Origin: Dehalococcoidia bacterium
GTDB taxonomy: Bacteria > Chloroflexota > Dehalococcoidia > Plut-88900
NCBI GenBank assembly: GCA_965197585.1
Contig: OZ240215.1
Span: 992,001-1,056,000 of the forward strand
Direction: 5' to 3'
DNA length: 64,000 nt
Below the pieces are notes generated by a model. It was not told the origin of the DNA. It made no database searches and worked only from the letters and a program-made list of their open reading frames with translations. Shown piece by piece: positions 36,937-46,778 of this stretch (positions within the stretch are counted from its first letter, which is position 1; every line of letters starts with the position of its first letter). Position numbers and translations under genes: made by a program.

Positions 36937-37758
36937 GACGAGGATTTCCAGTCGGCAATGGTCGCTGGGGCCCCACTCTTCGGGAGAGTTGAGAGCGCGC
37001 ACGCTTACGGAATCGGAGAATCCCTCAGAGGCGAACGCGTAATCCAATTGGAGGGTAGCGGTTGATGGACTCTGAGTGGAATGGTAGTAAGTAGGAACGT
37101 TCTTGCTATCGGACGGCATGTGGTCGGGCCAAGGGTCAGCCTGCCGCCCGTGGGGATCCTGAGGACCAACAAAGGAAAGTTTCAGCGATGCCATTCTGTC
37201 AAACACTGTCCGGTCACGAGCAGCCCAATACGGACTTCCCCCCAATCCGTAGCCGTGGAGGATGTTGAGGTCGCCCGCCGCTAATATGCGGTGTTTGTAT
37301 GGGTAAACATGACCGATGAACGTGGATAGGTCGGAAATGATACGGTGGGCGGAGGCGTCGGAGTATATCCAGCTGCTTTCCGCCGACGGATGAGGGTTCA
37401 ACCATCGGCCGTACATGGATACTGCTATGAAAGGATCCGCGCCATCCAGCGGTATGACCCTAGCCGCCGCCATGGTTCCGATATCAGAAACAACAATCTC
37501 GCCTTTTTTGGTTTCGTAAGCCGGAATGGTCGGAGTGAACCACTCGACCCGCACTCGATCCGATAATTTGACCACCAGGGGCCAACGGTCAAAATCCTTC
37601 CTCATCCAGGGTTCGCCTTGGCCGAATGCAACCGCTTCAGCTACTTCTGCTGGTGGTCGGCCCGCCTCCTGAAGTAGCGCGACATCCGCGTCCATTTTCA
37701 GGAGCTCGGGCCACGGGCTCTGCCGCCTGGCAATGTTCCAGCTGATGACCGTTATCAT
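36931..37758 (-). CDS. Endonuclease/exonuclease/phosphatase (EEP) domain protein
   Basis: SWNI, LLQEA, AGDLN, LDYAF, SDH. Confidence 0.85.
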   Translation of the reverse strand: MITVISWNIARRQSPWPELLKMDADVALLQEAGRPPAEVAEAVAFGQGEPWMRKDFDRWPLVVKLSDRVRVEWFTPTIPAYETKKGEIVVSDIGTMAAARVIPLDGADPFIAVSMYGRWLNPHPSAESSWIYSDASAHRIISDLSTFIGHVYPYKHRILAAGDLNILHGYGLGGSPYWAARDRTVFDRMASLKLSFVGPQDPHGRQADPWPDHMPSDSKNVPTYYHSTQSPSTATLQLDYAFASEGFSDSVSVRALNSPEEWGPSDHCRLEILVS

Positions 37759-37777
37759 TTATGGGGGCCGGTCAAGA

Positions 37778-38395
37778 TCAGCTCTCGGAAATGTCTATGC
37801 TCTCGATGACGACTGGGTCAGCGGGTTTGTCCCGGGGCCCGGTGTTCACCTTGGAGATTGTTTCCACCACGTCATAGCCGTCTGTGACCTTGCCGAAGAT
37901 GGTGTGCTTGCCGGTGAGGTGCGGAGTCGGAGTGACGGTGATGAAGAACTGGCTGCCGTTGGTCCCGGGGCCCGAGTTGGCCATGGCCAGCAGGCCCGGC
38001 TCGGCGAAGGTTAGGGAAGGGACTATTTCGTCCTGGAACCTGTAGCCCGGGCCTCCGGTCCCCGTGCCGGTGGGGTCGCCGCCCTGGATCATGAAACCGT
38101 CTATCACCCGATGGAATATGACGCCATCGTAGAAGTTTTCTTTGGCGAGAAAGATGAAGTTGTTGACGGTAACTGGGGCATCGGAGGCGAAGAGCTCAAT
38201 TGTGACCTCGCCGTGATTGGTGTTGAGCTTGGCCGTATAAGACTTTCCGGCGTCTATGGACATTGCTGGGGGACTGCTGTATTGCGTGATGACTACTTCT
38301 CCTACTGTCGGGGTTGGGGGCTCGGAACCCGAGCAGGCGGAGAGGACGAACGCGGTCAAGGCCAGGGCAACAACTATCAGGGCCTTGATATTCAC
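37778..38395 (-). CDS. Cyclophilin-type peptidyl-prolyl isomerase, lipoprotein
   Basis: FHRVIDGFMIQGGDP, LAMANSGPGTNGSQFFIT; lipobox LSAC; probable GTG start. Confidence 0.92.
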   Translation of the reverse strand: MNIKALIVVALALTAFVLSACSGSEPPTPTVGEVVITQYSSPPAMSIDAGKSYTAKLNTNHGEVTIELFASDAPVTVNNFIFLAKENFYDGVIFHRVIDGFMIQGGDPTGTGTGGPGYRFQDEIVPSLTFAEPGLLAMANSGPGTNGSQFFITVTPTPHLTGKHTIFGKVTDGYDVVETISKVNTGPRDKPADPVVIESIDISES

Positions 38396-38453
38396 GTTTC
38401 GTATCCTCCCTGGCGCTGGGGTCCGAACCAAATGCTGAAGGTATTCTCGAAAC

Positions 38454-38813
38454 TTAGTCCAGGATCTTGTTCTCGCCGGGGAGCAGGACGGAGATTTGCG
38501 AGAATGACGAGTCCTTGGTAGCGCCGTGCCAGTGAACCTCGCCCTGGGGGACGTGGACTACGTCGCCCAGAGAGACTTCATTCTCCTCCTCGTCAGTGGC
38601 GAGGATTCCGCGGCCGCCGGTGACCACGATCACCTGGTCGGACTCATGGGTGTGACGCTTGGTGCGGGCGCCGGGGCTGAAGACTACGTTGCCGATGATC
38701 AGGTGGTCGGACAATTCCTTGGTGACCATCCTCTGGGTCTCGACCGAGCCGACGAACATGGGGTTGGTCCCCTCGAGCTTCTTGTCCATCTTGTTCATGT
38801 TGAATACTTGCAC
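38454..38813 (-). CDS. Cupin domain protein
   Basis: FSPGART.RHTH..DQ, GEVHWHGA; AAGGAGG SD before GTG. Confidence 0.85.
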   Translation of the reverse strand: MQVFNMNKMDKKLEGTNPMFVGSVETQRMVTKELSDHLIIGNVVFSPGARTKRHTHESDQVIVVTGGRGILATDEEENEVSLGDVVHVPQGEVHWHGATKDSSFSQISVLLPGENKILD

Positions 38814-38978
38814 GATTCCTCCTTCTTGGCGGGGCCTCGGTGATATGGATTCCGAGCGCCGGGGGTAATGTATTGACCTTTGCACCGGAATGCAAGACCC
38901 GCAACCCAAAAAAACCGAGCCGCGCCGGTCTCCATTCCGCGGCGGTCACTGCTGATACAATAGCCCGTGGAGGGCCCA

Positions 38979-40457
38979 ATGGAACCGGAATTAACAATAT
39001 ATGACGTGATAGTTGTCGGAGCGGGGAATGCAGCCCTGACTGCGGCTCTTTCGGCCAAGGAGGCCGGGGCCCGTGTCCTGGTCCTTGAGAAAGCACCCCA
39101 CGCAGAAAGGGGAGGAAACAGCCGATTCAGCGGCGGCCTCTTCCGCTTCGCCTATTCATCCGTCGAGGCGGTGAAGGGTCTATTGCCCGAAGGTGAACGG
39201 AAGGCGATGGTGGAAGTCGGCGAATACGGCGAAGACCGATTTTACGACGACCTGATGAAGGTGACCGAGGGAAAGGCTAACCCGGAGCTGTCCAGGAAGC
39301 TGGTGGAGGAGTCCCTGGGAACGATGAAATGGATGGCGCGACAGGGGATTGAGTGGGACTGGACGCACCTTTGGTCGGTAGAGGCGTCGGGAGGGGGTAG
39401 GAAATACAATCCCGGCAGCATTCTGGAGGCTAAGAATAAGGGAGTGGGGTTGGTGGCGGCGCTGTTTAAGGCAGTAGAGCGGGCGGGTATCGAGGTGCGG
39501 TACGGAACTGCGGTGATGGGGTTGGATGTCAGCCAAGCGGAAGGCTTAGTCAAACTTTGGGTGGAAGGAGAGAAGGGACAGAATGAATTGGTTGCCAAGG
39601 GCGTCGTATTAGGGAGTGGGGGCTTCGAGGCCAACGGAGCGATGCGGGCCCGACACCTGGGCCGCAAATGGGAAAACGTGAAGGTACGCGGCACGAGGCA
39701 CAATACTGGAGAAGTGCTCACGTTGGCTTTGGAAGCAGGAGCCTCGGAGGCGGGGCAGTGGGACGGGTGTCATGCCACCCCCATCGACGCCTTCGCTCCT
39801 GATGTCGGAGACCTGCGGCTCACGGACAGGACCAACCGGCTCTCTTACCCGTTTGGGATCATGGTCAACCGACGCGGGCGTCGGTTCTTCGACGAAGGAG
39901 AAGATCTGGGCGCCTATACTTATGCCAAGGCCGGAGGGCTGATCCTGGAGCAGCCGGGCGGAATAGCCTTCCAGATTTTCGATAGGAAAACTCTTCACCT
40001 GCTGGAGGCCCGCTACGAGACTGCTGAGCCCATAATGTCCAAGACCATCGACGAGTTGGCAGTGGATTTGGGGCTCGCGCCCCAGGGACTTCTCAAGACT
40101 GTCCGGGAATTCAACCTGGCAGTGGCCCGAGGCCCCTTCGACCCCTCGATCAAAGACGGCAACGGGACAAGGGGGATAGAACCGCGCAAGTCCAACTGGG
40201 CCCTCCCCATCGACTCTCAACCCTTCGCCGCATATCCCGTGACCGGGGGCATAACCTTCACCTTCGGTGGGTTGAAGATCGATACGGAGGCGAGGGTATT
40301 GGACACCGGCGGAAGCCCTATGCCCGGACTGTACGCTACCGGTGAGATAACGGGAGAGTTCTTCTATCACAACTACCCCGGCGGGTCGGGGTTGATGAGG
40401 GGGGCGGTCTTCGGGCGAATAGCGGGAAGCAACGCCGCCTACTACGCTCGAGGTTAA
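38979..40457 (+). CDS. tcuA: FAD-dependent tricarballylate dehydrogenase-like flavoprotein
   Basis: VVGAGNAAL.AA, RGGNSRF, GGFEAN, VRGTRHNTG, GITFTFGGL, YHNYPGGSGL. Confidence 0.75.
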   Translation: MEPELTIYDVIVVGAGNAALTAALSAKEAGARVLVLEKAPHAERGGNSRFSGGLFRFAYSSVEAVKGLLPEGERKAMVEVGEYGEDRFYDDLMKVTEGKANPELSRKLVEESLGTMKWMARQGIEWDWTHLWSVEASGGGRKYNPGSILEAKNKGVGLVAALFKAVERAGIEVRYGTAVMGLDVSQAEGLVKLWVEGEKGQNELVAKGVVLGSGGFEANGAMRARHLGRKWENVKVRGTRHNTGEVLTLALEAGASEAGQWDGCHATPIDAFAPDVGDLRLTDRTNRLSYPFGIMVNRRGRRFFDEGEDLGAYTYAKAGGLILEQPGGIAFQIFDRKTLHLLEARYETAEPIMSKTIDELAVDLGLAPQGLLKTVREFNLAVARGPFDPSIKDGNGTRGIEPRKSNWALPIDSQPFAAYPVTGGITFTFGGLKIDTEARVLDTGGSPMPGLYATGEITGEFFYHNYPGGSGLMRGAVFGRIAGSNAAYYARG

Positions 40458-40470
40458 GACCAGAGGCGCT

Positions 40471-41832
40471 ATGAACGAGACCCGGCAACTGGCCGAATTC
40501 GTGCACGACACCGGTTACGATGACTTGCCTAAGGATGTCGTAGACGCCTGCAAGGTCTTCCTGCTGGACAACCTGGCGAGCGCGTTGGTCGGGGCCCGGA
40601 CCCCGTGGGCCGGGATGGTGAGAGAGTTGGCGGGGGAGAGCGGTGGAAATGGCTCATGTTCGATACTCGGAACAGGAGAGACGGCCTCGGCCTCCTATGC
40701 GGCGCTGGCCAACGGCACGGCAATCGCCGGCTTCGAGACTGATCAGGCATTCTATCCGGGGTCGTGCCATCCTGGGGCGGTAGTCCTCCCTGCGCTCCTT
40801 GCCGTTGCTCAGAGCCAAGTTCTTGACGGCAGGCGTTTCATGGAAGCGTTTGCCGTGGGATACGAGGCGGTTTGCCGAATAGGACTGGCAGCAGGTCGGG
40901 CGGTGGAGGATAAGGCGGGCTTTCATGGGCCGGGGACCAATGGCCCCTTCGGCGGGGCGATGGGTGCGAGTAAAGCGATGGGGTTGGGGGTGGATGGGTT
41001 GGTGAATGCGCTGGGCATAGCGGGCTCGCACGGTGCGGGCTTGATGGAGTTCGCCAAGGAAGGGGCTATGACCAAGAGGCTCCACCTTGGGAGGGCGGCA
41101 CAGACGGGGCTCGAGAGCGCGCTGCTGGCCGAGAAGGGGTTCACGGGACCAAGCACCGTCCTTGAAGGCGAACGGGGATTCCTGAACGTCTACTCTCCGG
41201 CTCCGGACCCCTCACAGTTGACCAAGGACTTGGGCAACGAGTGGCTGCTATTCGACATAAGCTGCAAGAGCTATGCCTGCCATATGTCCTTTCATCCCAT
41301 TATCGATAGCGCGGTGGAATTCAAAGGGAAGTCGGGAGTCGGGGCCGGGGAGATAGAAGGCGTGAAGGTGGTCACGAACCCGACAGTGGTGAGGAAGCAC
41401 GGACAAAACGCCCCGACGACGATTCTCGGGGCGCAGTACAGCCTGCCCTTCTCCCTTGCAATAGCCCTTGTCGGAGACATCAAAGACCCCGCGACCTTCA
41501 ACGAGTCGACCCTCTGGGACGAAGAGGTCAGAGCATTGGCGGGGCGAGTGGAATTGGAAGCCCGAGAGATGAGGGATGGCCCGATGGCGGAAGTCACCAT
41601 CAAGTCGGTGGCGGGGGAGCACAGGCTGGAGGCGAGAGACTGGAAGGGCGCCCCAAGTAATCCCTACACATTAAGCGAAATGAACGAGAAGTTCAGGACC
41701 TATGCCTCGGGGTCGCTTTCGGAAGAGAGAATCGAAGAGGTGATTGGCACGGTGGAGAAACTGGAGGATGAGAGGGACGCGGGGAGGTTGGCCCTGCTGC
41801 TTACGCCTGATGTATCGGGTGAGACTTGCTGA
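40471..41832 (+). CDS. MmgE/PrpD family dehydratase/epimerase
   Basis: ALANG, CHPGA, KRLH.G.AA, GFTGP..VLEG, KSYAC. Confidence 0.88.
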   Translation: MNETRQLAEFVHDTGYDDLPKDVVDACKVFLLDNLASALVGARTPWAGMVRELAGESGGNGSCSILGTGETASASYAALANGTAIAGFETDQAFYPGSCHPGAVVLPALLAVAQSQVLDGRRFMEAFAVGYEAVCRIGLAAGRAVEDKAGFHGPGTNGPFGGAMGASKAMGLGVDGLVNALGIAGSHGAGLMEFAKEGAMTKRLHLGRAAQTGLESALLAEKGFTGPSTVLEGERGFLNVYSPAPDPSQLTKDLGNEWLLFDISCKSYACHMSFHPIIDSAVEFKGKSGVGAGEIEGVKVVTNPTVVRKHGQNAPTTILGAQYSLPFSLAIALVGDIKDPATFNESTLWDEEVRALAGRVELEAREMRDGPMAEVTIKSVAGEHRLEARDWKGAPSNPYTLSEMNEKFRTYASGSLSEERIEEVIGTVEKLEDERDAGRLALLLTPDVSGETC

Positions 41833-41841
41833 GGACGAGAC

Positions 41842-42756
41842 ATGAGTAAAGGCGGTGAGTTCCGGCGTCTGCTCAAAGAGAATGACTATGTGTACAGCAC
41901 GGGGGTGACCGGCGCGCTGGACGCGTCGATTGCCGAGAGGGTCGGGCTCAAGTTTGTCTATATGAGCGGGTACTCGACCTCCCTCGCCCTTCTAGCGAAG
42001 GCCGACCTCGGGTTTCTTTCTTCCACGGAGATGGTCTCCCATGCGGCACAGATCGCAGATGCGACGACACTGCCGGTGATCGCCGATGCGGATGACGGTT
42101 TCGGAAATGCGTTGACGGTTATGAGGACCGTGGAGAACTACGAAAAGGCCGGGGTGGCGGGAATCCACATCGAGGACCAAGTTGCGCCTAAACGGTGCGG
42201 TCACCTGGCGGGGAAGAGGGTGCTGCCGTTAAACGAGGCTGTCGGCAAGTTCAAGGCGGCGCTGGCCGCGCGCCAAGACTCCGACTTCGTGATCATTGCG
42301 CGGACCGACGCCCGTGACGCAGACGGTGGAACCTTCGAAGAGGCCGTACGCCGAGGCCGTACCTACGCGTCCCTTGGCGCGGACATGGTGTGGTCGGAGT
42401 TCAGGAACCCGGACGCCCTGGGCGAGTTTGAGAGGTTTGCCAGTGAGGTGCAAAGGGAACGACCCGGAATTCCCCTGGTCTTCAACTACTCGTCATCGCT
42501 CAAGTGGGGGAGGAGCAAGAACCGGGTGTCGTTCCAACAATTGGCCGACATGGGGTACAAGGTGATACTGGTGAGCATGGGCTGCGTCCACGCTGCCATG
42601 CACGCAGTATGGGACTTCATGGCCGACCTGAAGGACAACGGTGAAGAAGCCCAGTTCCGCCTCGAAGATACGGTACGCGGCCACCCCACCGAGGACCACC
42701 ACGCAATGGGCAACATCACCCTCTACGAGAAGCTGACACAGGACTACGTTAGATAG
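41842..42756 (+). CDS. Isocitrate lyase/PEP mutase superfamily lyase
   Basis: YMSG, DADDGFG, HIEDQVAPKRCGH, ARTDA, FNYSSS. Confidence 0.88.
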   Translation: MSKGGEFRRLLKENDYVYSTGVTGALDASIAERVGLKFVYMSGYSTSLALLAKADLGFLSSTEMVSHAAQIADATTLPVIADADDGFGNALTVMRTVENYEKAGVAGIHIEDQVAPKRCGHLAGKRVLPLNEAVGKFKAALAARQDSDFVIIARTDARDADGGTFEEAVRRGRTYASLGADMVWSEFRNPDALGEFERFASEVQRERPGIPLVFNYSSSLKWGRSKNRVSFQQLADMGYKVILVSMGCVHAAMHAVWDFMADLKDNGEEAQFRLEDTVRGHPTEDHHAMGNITLYEKLTQDYVR

Positions 42757-42759
42757 TCG

Positions 42760-43572
42760 TCAGGCGGGTCTTGGGACGATGATAAAGTCGTCGTGGACTT
42801 CGCGCCGGGGCTCGGAGCCCATGCTCTTGACCCCTTCCCACAGCTCTCGCAGATGCTCAATGCCTAATTCCAGGCGGCGCTCGTTAGGGTGTGTGGGTGC
42901 CGACTGTTCGTAGTCGTCACGCGGCTTCGTAGTCATCTCTATGTGGCAACCCAGGACCCATGACACGGGCCGGGTGTCGGTGAACTCGATCATACGCTGG
43001 AGGCTGGCGCTGTAGGCCGGAAAGTCTCGGACGTATAACCTGCCGGGATAAAGGAAGTCGTTGGTTATGAGGATGGCCGTGGCCCGGTCGTAGGTTGCTA
43101 TGCCGGCAACGTCGTGGCCTGGGATGGGGATCAGGTCAACGACCCGGTTCCCGAGATCCACGGTTGCGGAAGTGACGGGCCAAGGTGTCATGCCGAAGAA
43201 GTCTGCGACCTCCTCAGGCGTGTGCCCGACTATCTTGGTGTTCTCCCGACCGTCGAACAGCCAGTCTCCTGCAATATGGTCGAAATGAGAATGAGTATGG
43301 GCGACAATAAGAGGGAAGTCCGTCCCTACCAGGTCGTCGACGGTCTCGCGCAAAGGAAATTTGCCGGGGGCGCCGGTGTCGAAGAGGATGGAGCGCTCTT
43401 CTCCGGCGAAGAGATATATGAACGGGCCCTCCCAGTGGTCAAGCAGCGACTGACGCATAATCCACGTGCCCTCGGCGTGATGATGGACCTGCAAGGCAGC
43501 CTCGTTGGGGTCAAGGCCGTCGACCCAGTGATTGGGGAAGGGGGCTTCCGGGGACGAATGTTCGGTAGGCAT
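42760..43572 (-). CDS. Metallo-beta-lactamase-fold hydrolase
   Basis: DTG, HTHSHFDH, PGH, GCH. Confidence 0.85.
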   Translation of the reverse strand: MPTEHSSPEAPFPNHWVDGLDPNEAALQVHHHAEGTWIMRQSLLDHWEGPFIYLFAGEERSILFDTGAPGKFPLRETVDDLVGTDFPLIVAHTHSHFDHIAGDWLFDGRENTKIVGHTPEEVADFFGMTPWPVTSATVDLGNRVVDLIPIPGHDVAGIATYDRATAILITNDFLYPGRLYVRDFPAYSASLQRMIEFTDTRPVSWVLGCHIEMTTKPRDDYEQSAPTHPNERRLELGIEHLRELWEGVKSMGSEPRREVHDDFIIVPRPA

Positions 43573-43606
43573 TATCCGGCTCCTTTTTCTACCCAGCGAG
43601 ACTTGG

Positions 43607-44947
43607 CTACGGCCGGAGGGCCTCCAGGGACGCTTCCAGGGCCTCAATGTACAGGTCCAGCTCCTCCCGGCCCATAGGAGTCGACAGACATCCGAAGTCC
43701 CGGTTGATGCAGACTATGCCCCGGTCTAGCATGTGGTCGGCGAAGAAGTCGGAGCCTGGCCAGTCGTGCTGGGAGGCAACGAAGGACCTGTAGTCGGTCA
43801 ACTCTTTATCGGTAAGATGGACCCAGAAGAGGGACCCCTTGCCCGAGACCTGAGCGGGGAACTCTCTGCGATCGATAACCTCCTGAACACGGCTGCGAAG
43901 GTCGTCACCCATGCGTTCCAACCGCTCGAAGACCGGTGGTGTCAGCTGATTCATGGTGGCCAGTCCGGCGGTCATGGTTACCGGGTTGGCGTTGAAGGTG
44001 CCTGCGTGCAGCAGCCATTCTCCCCCGGCTCGGGTGTGGTCGAACACGTCCATCACCTCGTCGGTGCCCCCGATTGCGCCCACCGGAAACCCGCCGCCGA
44101 TTATCTTGGCCAGAGTAACCAGGTCGGGGTTGACGCCGAATTCTGCGCAGCCGCCGCGATAGGAGAGGCGGAAGCTCACCACTTCATCGGCGATGAGCAG
44201 TACGCCGTTGGCCCGAGTCACGTCCCGGAGGGTCTCGATGAAACCGGGTTTGGGCGCGACCAAGCCAAGGGAGGCGGGCAGAGGGTCGAATATCAGGGCG
44301 GCCAGTGCCTCCCTGTTGGCTTCTATCAAGTCGACGCAAGCTTGGACGTCGTTCCAGGGCAGGACTACGACATCATCGGTGGACTGGGGCGTCGAGCCTA
44401 AAGCCCCGATGCTGCGGGGAGAGTGTGGGTCTCCCCAGGACTCCGGGTCGGGGGTGAGGCTTACCTGAGCGTAGTCGTAAGTCCCGTGATAGGCCCCCTC
44501 GAACTTGGCAATCTTCGGCCTGCCTGTGAAGACTCGAGCGGCTTTTATGGCGTTCATCACTGCCTCGGTGCCCGAGTTGCAGAAGCGCACTTTGTCAATG
44601 TAATCGACCCTGTCCACTAGCAGGGAGGCAAGTTCAACCTCAGGTTCCGTCGGCATGGCGAAGGATGTGCCTAGTTCCAGTTGCCGGGCCACGGCCTCCA
44701 TGACCTGTGGATTAGCGTGACCCAGAATAGCCACAGTGGCGTTGTTTATGAAATCTACGCGCTCCTGGCCTTCAACGTCGGTAACCCGGCAGTCTTTACC
44801 GCTGCGAACGTATATGGGGTATGGAGAGAAGGCTATGGAATGGCGGGTGTTGCCGCCTGGCATCACCTGCCGGGCACTATCGTAGAGTCGCTTGGACTGG
44901 GAGGAGGTTGATTTGTAAGCAGTGGTCTGAATGGGTTTACGGGTCAT
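43607..44947 (-). CDS. Class III PLP aminotransferase (GSA aminomutase-like)
   Basis: NSGTEA, FEGAYHG, ADEV, LAKIIGGGFP. Confidence 0.88.
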   Translation of the reverse strand: MTRKPIQTTAYKSTSSQSKRLYDSARQVMPGGNTRHSIAFSPYPIYVRSGKDCRVTDVEGQERVDFINNATVAILGHANPQVMEAVARQLELGTSFAMPTEPEVELASLLVDRVDYIDKVRFCNSGTEAVMNAIKAARVFTGRPKIAKFEGAYHGTYDYAQVSLTPDPESWGDPHSPRSIGALGSTPQSTDDVVVLPWNDVQACVDLIEANREALAALIFDPLPASLGLVAPKPGFIETLRDVTRANGVLLIADEVVSFRLSYRGGCAEFGVNPDLVTLAKIIGGGFPVGAIGGTDEVMDVFDHTRAGGEWLLHAGTFNANPVTMTAGLATMNQLTPPVFERLERMGDDLRSRVQEVIDRREFPAQVSGKGSLFWVHLTDKELTDYRSFVASQHDWPGSDFFADHMLDRGIVCINRDFGCLSTPMGREELDLYIEALEASLEALRP

Positions 44948-45078
44948 GGGGCTATCTTATCGGGGTGAGGGGCGGGGCGCTATAGGGAGTGCCGACTAAA
45001 GTCGGGACAGAGAGGCGGGTTTAGTGATAAAGTCGGGAAGCGAGGCCAGAGATGGGACTGCACGGCTAGGAGCGTTAC

Positions 45079-46263
45079 ATGCGTTTCGACAGTACGCCTT
45101 ACTACCACGTTGGGGAACCCTACTACGCCATAGGTTGGGACGCGCTGATGTCAGAGGTCCGGCAGGAAGCCCAACTGCTGGAAGAGGCGGGTTTCACCAC
45201 CATGTGGTTCGCCGAACACCACTTCGCCTGGGACGGCTACTACAACGCCGCCCCGAACCCCCTCCTGGTGGCCGGAGACCTGATTCCGCGCACGAAGACC
45301 TTGCGCCTCGGGGCCCTGGGCACGGCCCTTCCCGACAGGCACCCGATACACGTGGCGGAAGACGTCGCCATGCTGGACCGGATGAGTCAGGGCCGCATGG
45401 AGTTCGGGATAATGCGGGGCGCAAATAATAGAGCCGGCGTCCAGTTCCACCCGGCCGCCGACCGCCGGAACAAGGAACAGAACTATCGACTATTCGCCGA
45501 ATGCCTGGAGATCATCGTCAAAGCATGGACTCAGGAGGCTTTCACCCACGAGGGAGAGTTTTACAAGTTCCCCGTGCCCGGGTGGCGGGAGTCGGTCAAG
45601 GAGATAACGGACGCCAGTCCTCTCCACTTCGCAGATGACGGGGAGATGGTGGCGTTGGGCCTGCACCCGAAACCCTATCAAAAGCCCCACCCGCCCATAT
45701 GGCAGATGGCGGATGCGATGGACTCCCATATTTTCGCCGGTGAGCGGGGCATCAACGCGATGTGCTACTCACCCCCCGTGGCCTCGATCAAGGAGCGGTG
45801 GCAGGCATATCGGGAGGCGGCCAGGGCGTCGGGGTGTGAGTTGGAGTACGGGGAAAACCTGGCAGTGATGAAGCCGTGCTTCGTGGTGAGAAGCATGGAC
45901 GACGAGGCGCTGTCCGCGGCGCGAATCGGTACCAACTTCCTGTTCGACCGTTCGCCACTGGCCAAGGTCGGTCGGCACATATACATCGGCGAAGGAGAAA
46001 CGTTGACAGCGGACGACAAATCGGACGACTGGTTCGACTTTCTGCGCCGTAATGGACACCTGTGGGTCGGGACGCCTGATTTCGTCGAGGAGAAGCTCGC
46101 TGAGTTGGAGTCGGAGTTGAACTGCAGCCACGTCGGCTTGTTTCTGAACATTCCGGGGCTCAGTTTCCGGCAGGTGATGGACAGCCTGACCCTGTTCGGC
46201 GAGCAGGTGATGCCGAGGTTCGACAGGACGGCCCCGGCCATCGGGGCGCAGGCAGTCGGATAA
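45079..46263 (+). CDS. LLM-class flavin-dependent oxidoreductase
   Basis: WFAEHHF, HPIHVAED, PKPYQKPHPP. Confidence 0.9.
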   Translation: MRFDSTPYYHVGEPYYAIGWDALMSEVRQEAQLLEEAGFTTMWFAEHHFAWDGYYNAAPNPLLVAGDLIPRTKTLRLGALGTALPDRHPIHVAEDVAMLDRMSQGRMEFGIMRGANNRAGVQFHPAADRRNKEQNYRLFAECLEIIVKAWTQEAFTHEGEFYKFPVPGWRESVKEITDASPLHFADDGEMVALGLHPKPYQKPHPPIWQMADAMDSHIFAGERGINAMCYSPPVASIKERWQAYREAARASGCELEYGENLAVMKPCFVVRSMDDEALSAARIGTNFLFDRSPLAKVGRHIYIGEGETLTADDKSDDWFDFLRRNGHLWVGTPDFVEEKLAELESELNCSHVGLFLNIPGLSFRQVMDSLTLFGEQVMPRFDRTAPAIGAQAVG

Positions 46264-46295
46264 GCAAATTATTCGTTCACGGAGGACTCAGACTA

Positions 46296-46745
46296 GTGCA
46301 GAGCACATCCCAAACCGTAGAAGACTACCTGGCCGAGCTATCCCCAGAGCGACAACTTGTGTTGAGTGAGGTCCGCAAGGCCATCCTCGAAAACCTGCCC
46401 GATGGCTTCGAGGAGACGATGGATTTTGGGATGATCGGGTATGTAATTCCGCTGGAGACCTACCCCAAGACATATAACGGTCATCCCCTTCAATATGCAG
46501 CGCTAGCATCTCAGAAAAACCATATGTCGCTGTACCTCATGTGCATCTACTCGCACGAAGGGTCGAGGATGTGGTTCATGGACGAGCTTGAGAAGCGGGG
46601 CAAAAAGCTCAGCATCGGGAAGGCGTGCATACGGTTCAAGCGGCTGGAAGACCTTCCCCTTGACCTGGTGGGAGAGGCGATAGCCTACAGCTCGGTGGAG
46701 GGGTATATCGAGATTTACGAGACGGCCCGCAAGGGCCGGAAGTAG
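46296..46745 (+). CDS. DUF1801 (YdhG-like) protein
   Basis: GMIGYVIPL..YP, ALASQKNHMSLY, GKACIRFK. Confidence 0.8.
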   Translation: MQSTSQTVEDYLAELSPERQLVLSEVRKAILENLPDGFEETMDFGMIGYVIPLETYPKTYNGHPLQYAALASQKNHMSLYLMCIYSHEGSRMWFMDELEKRGKKLSIGKACIRFKRLEDLPLDLVGEAIAYSSVEGYIEIYETARKGRK

Positions 46746-46778
46746 ACGCCCGCGCTCCGCGATTCTGGAGAACTTAAT

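Noticed and set aside
38814-38966. Possible riboswitch in the cupin/tcuA divergent region
   Set aside because: No recognisable aptamer consensus.
43607-44947. Calling this gene hemL
   Set aside because: It is GSA-aminomutase-like, but there is no tetrapyrrole gene context and the family has many paralogs.
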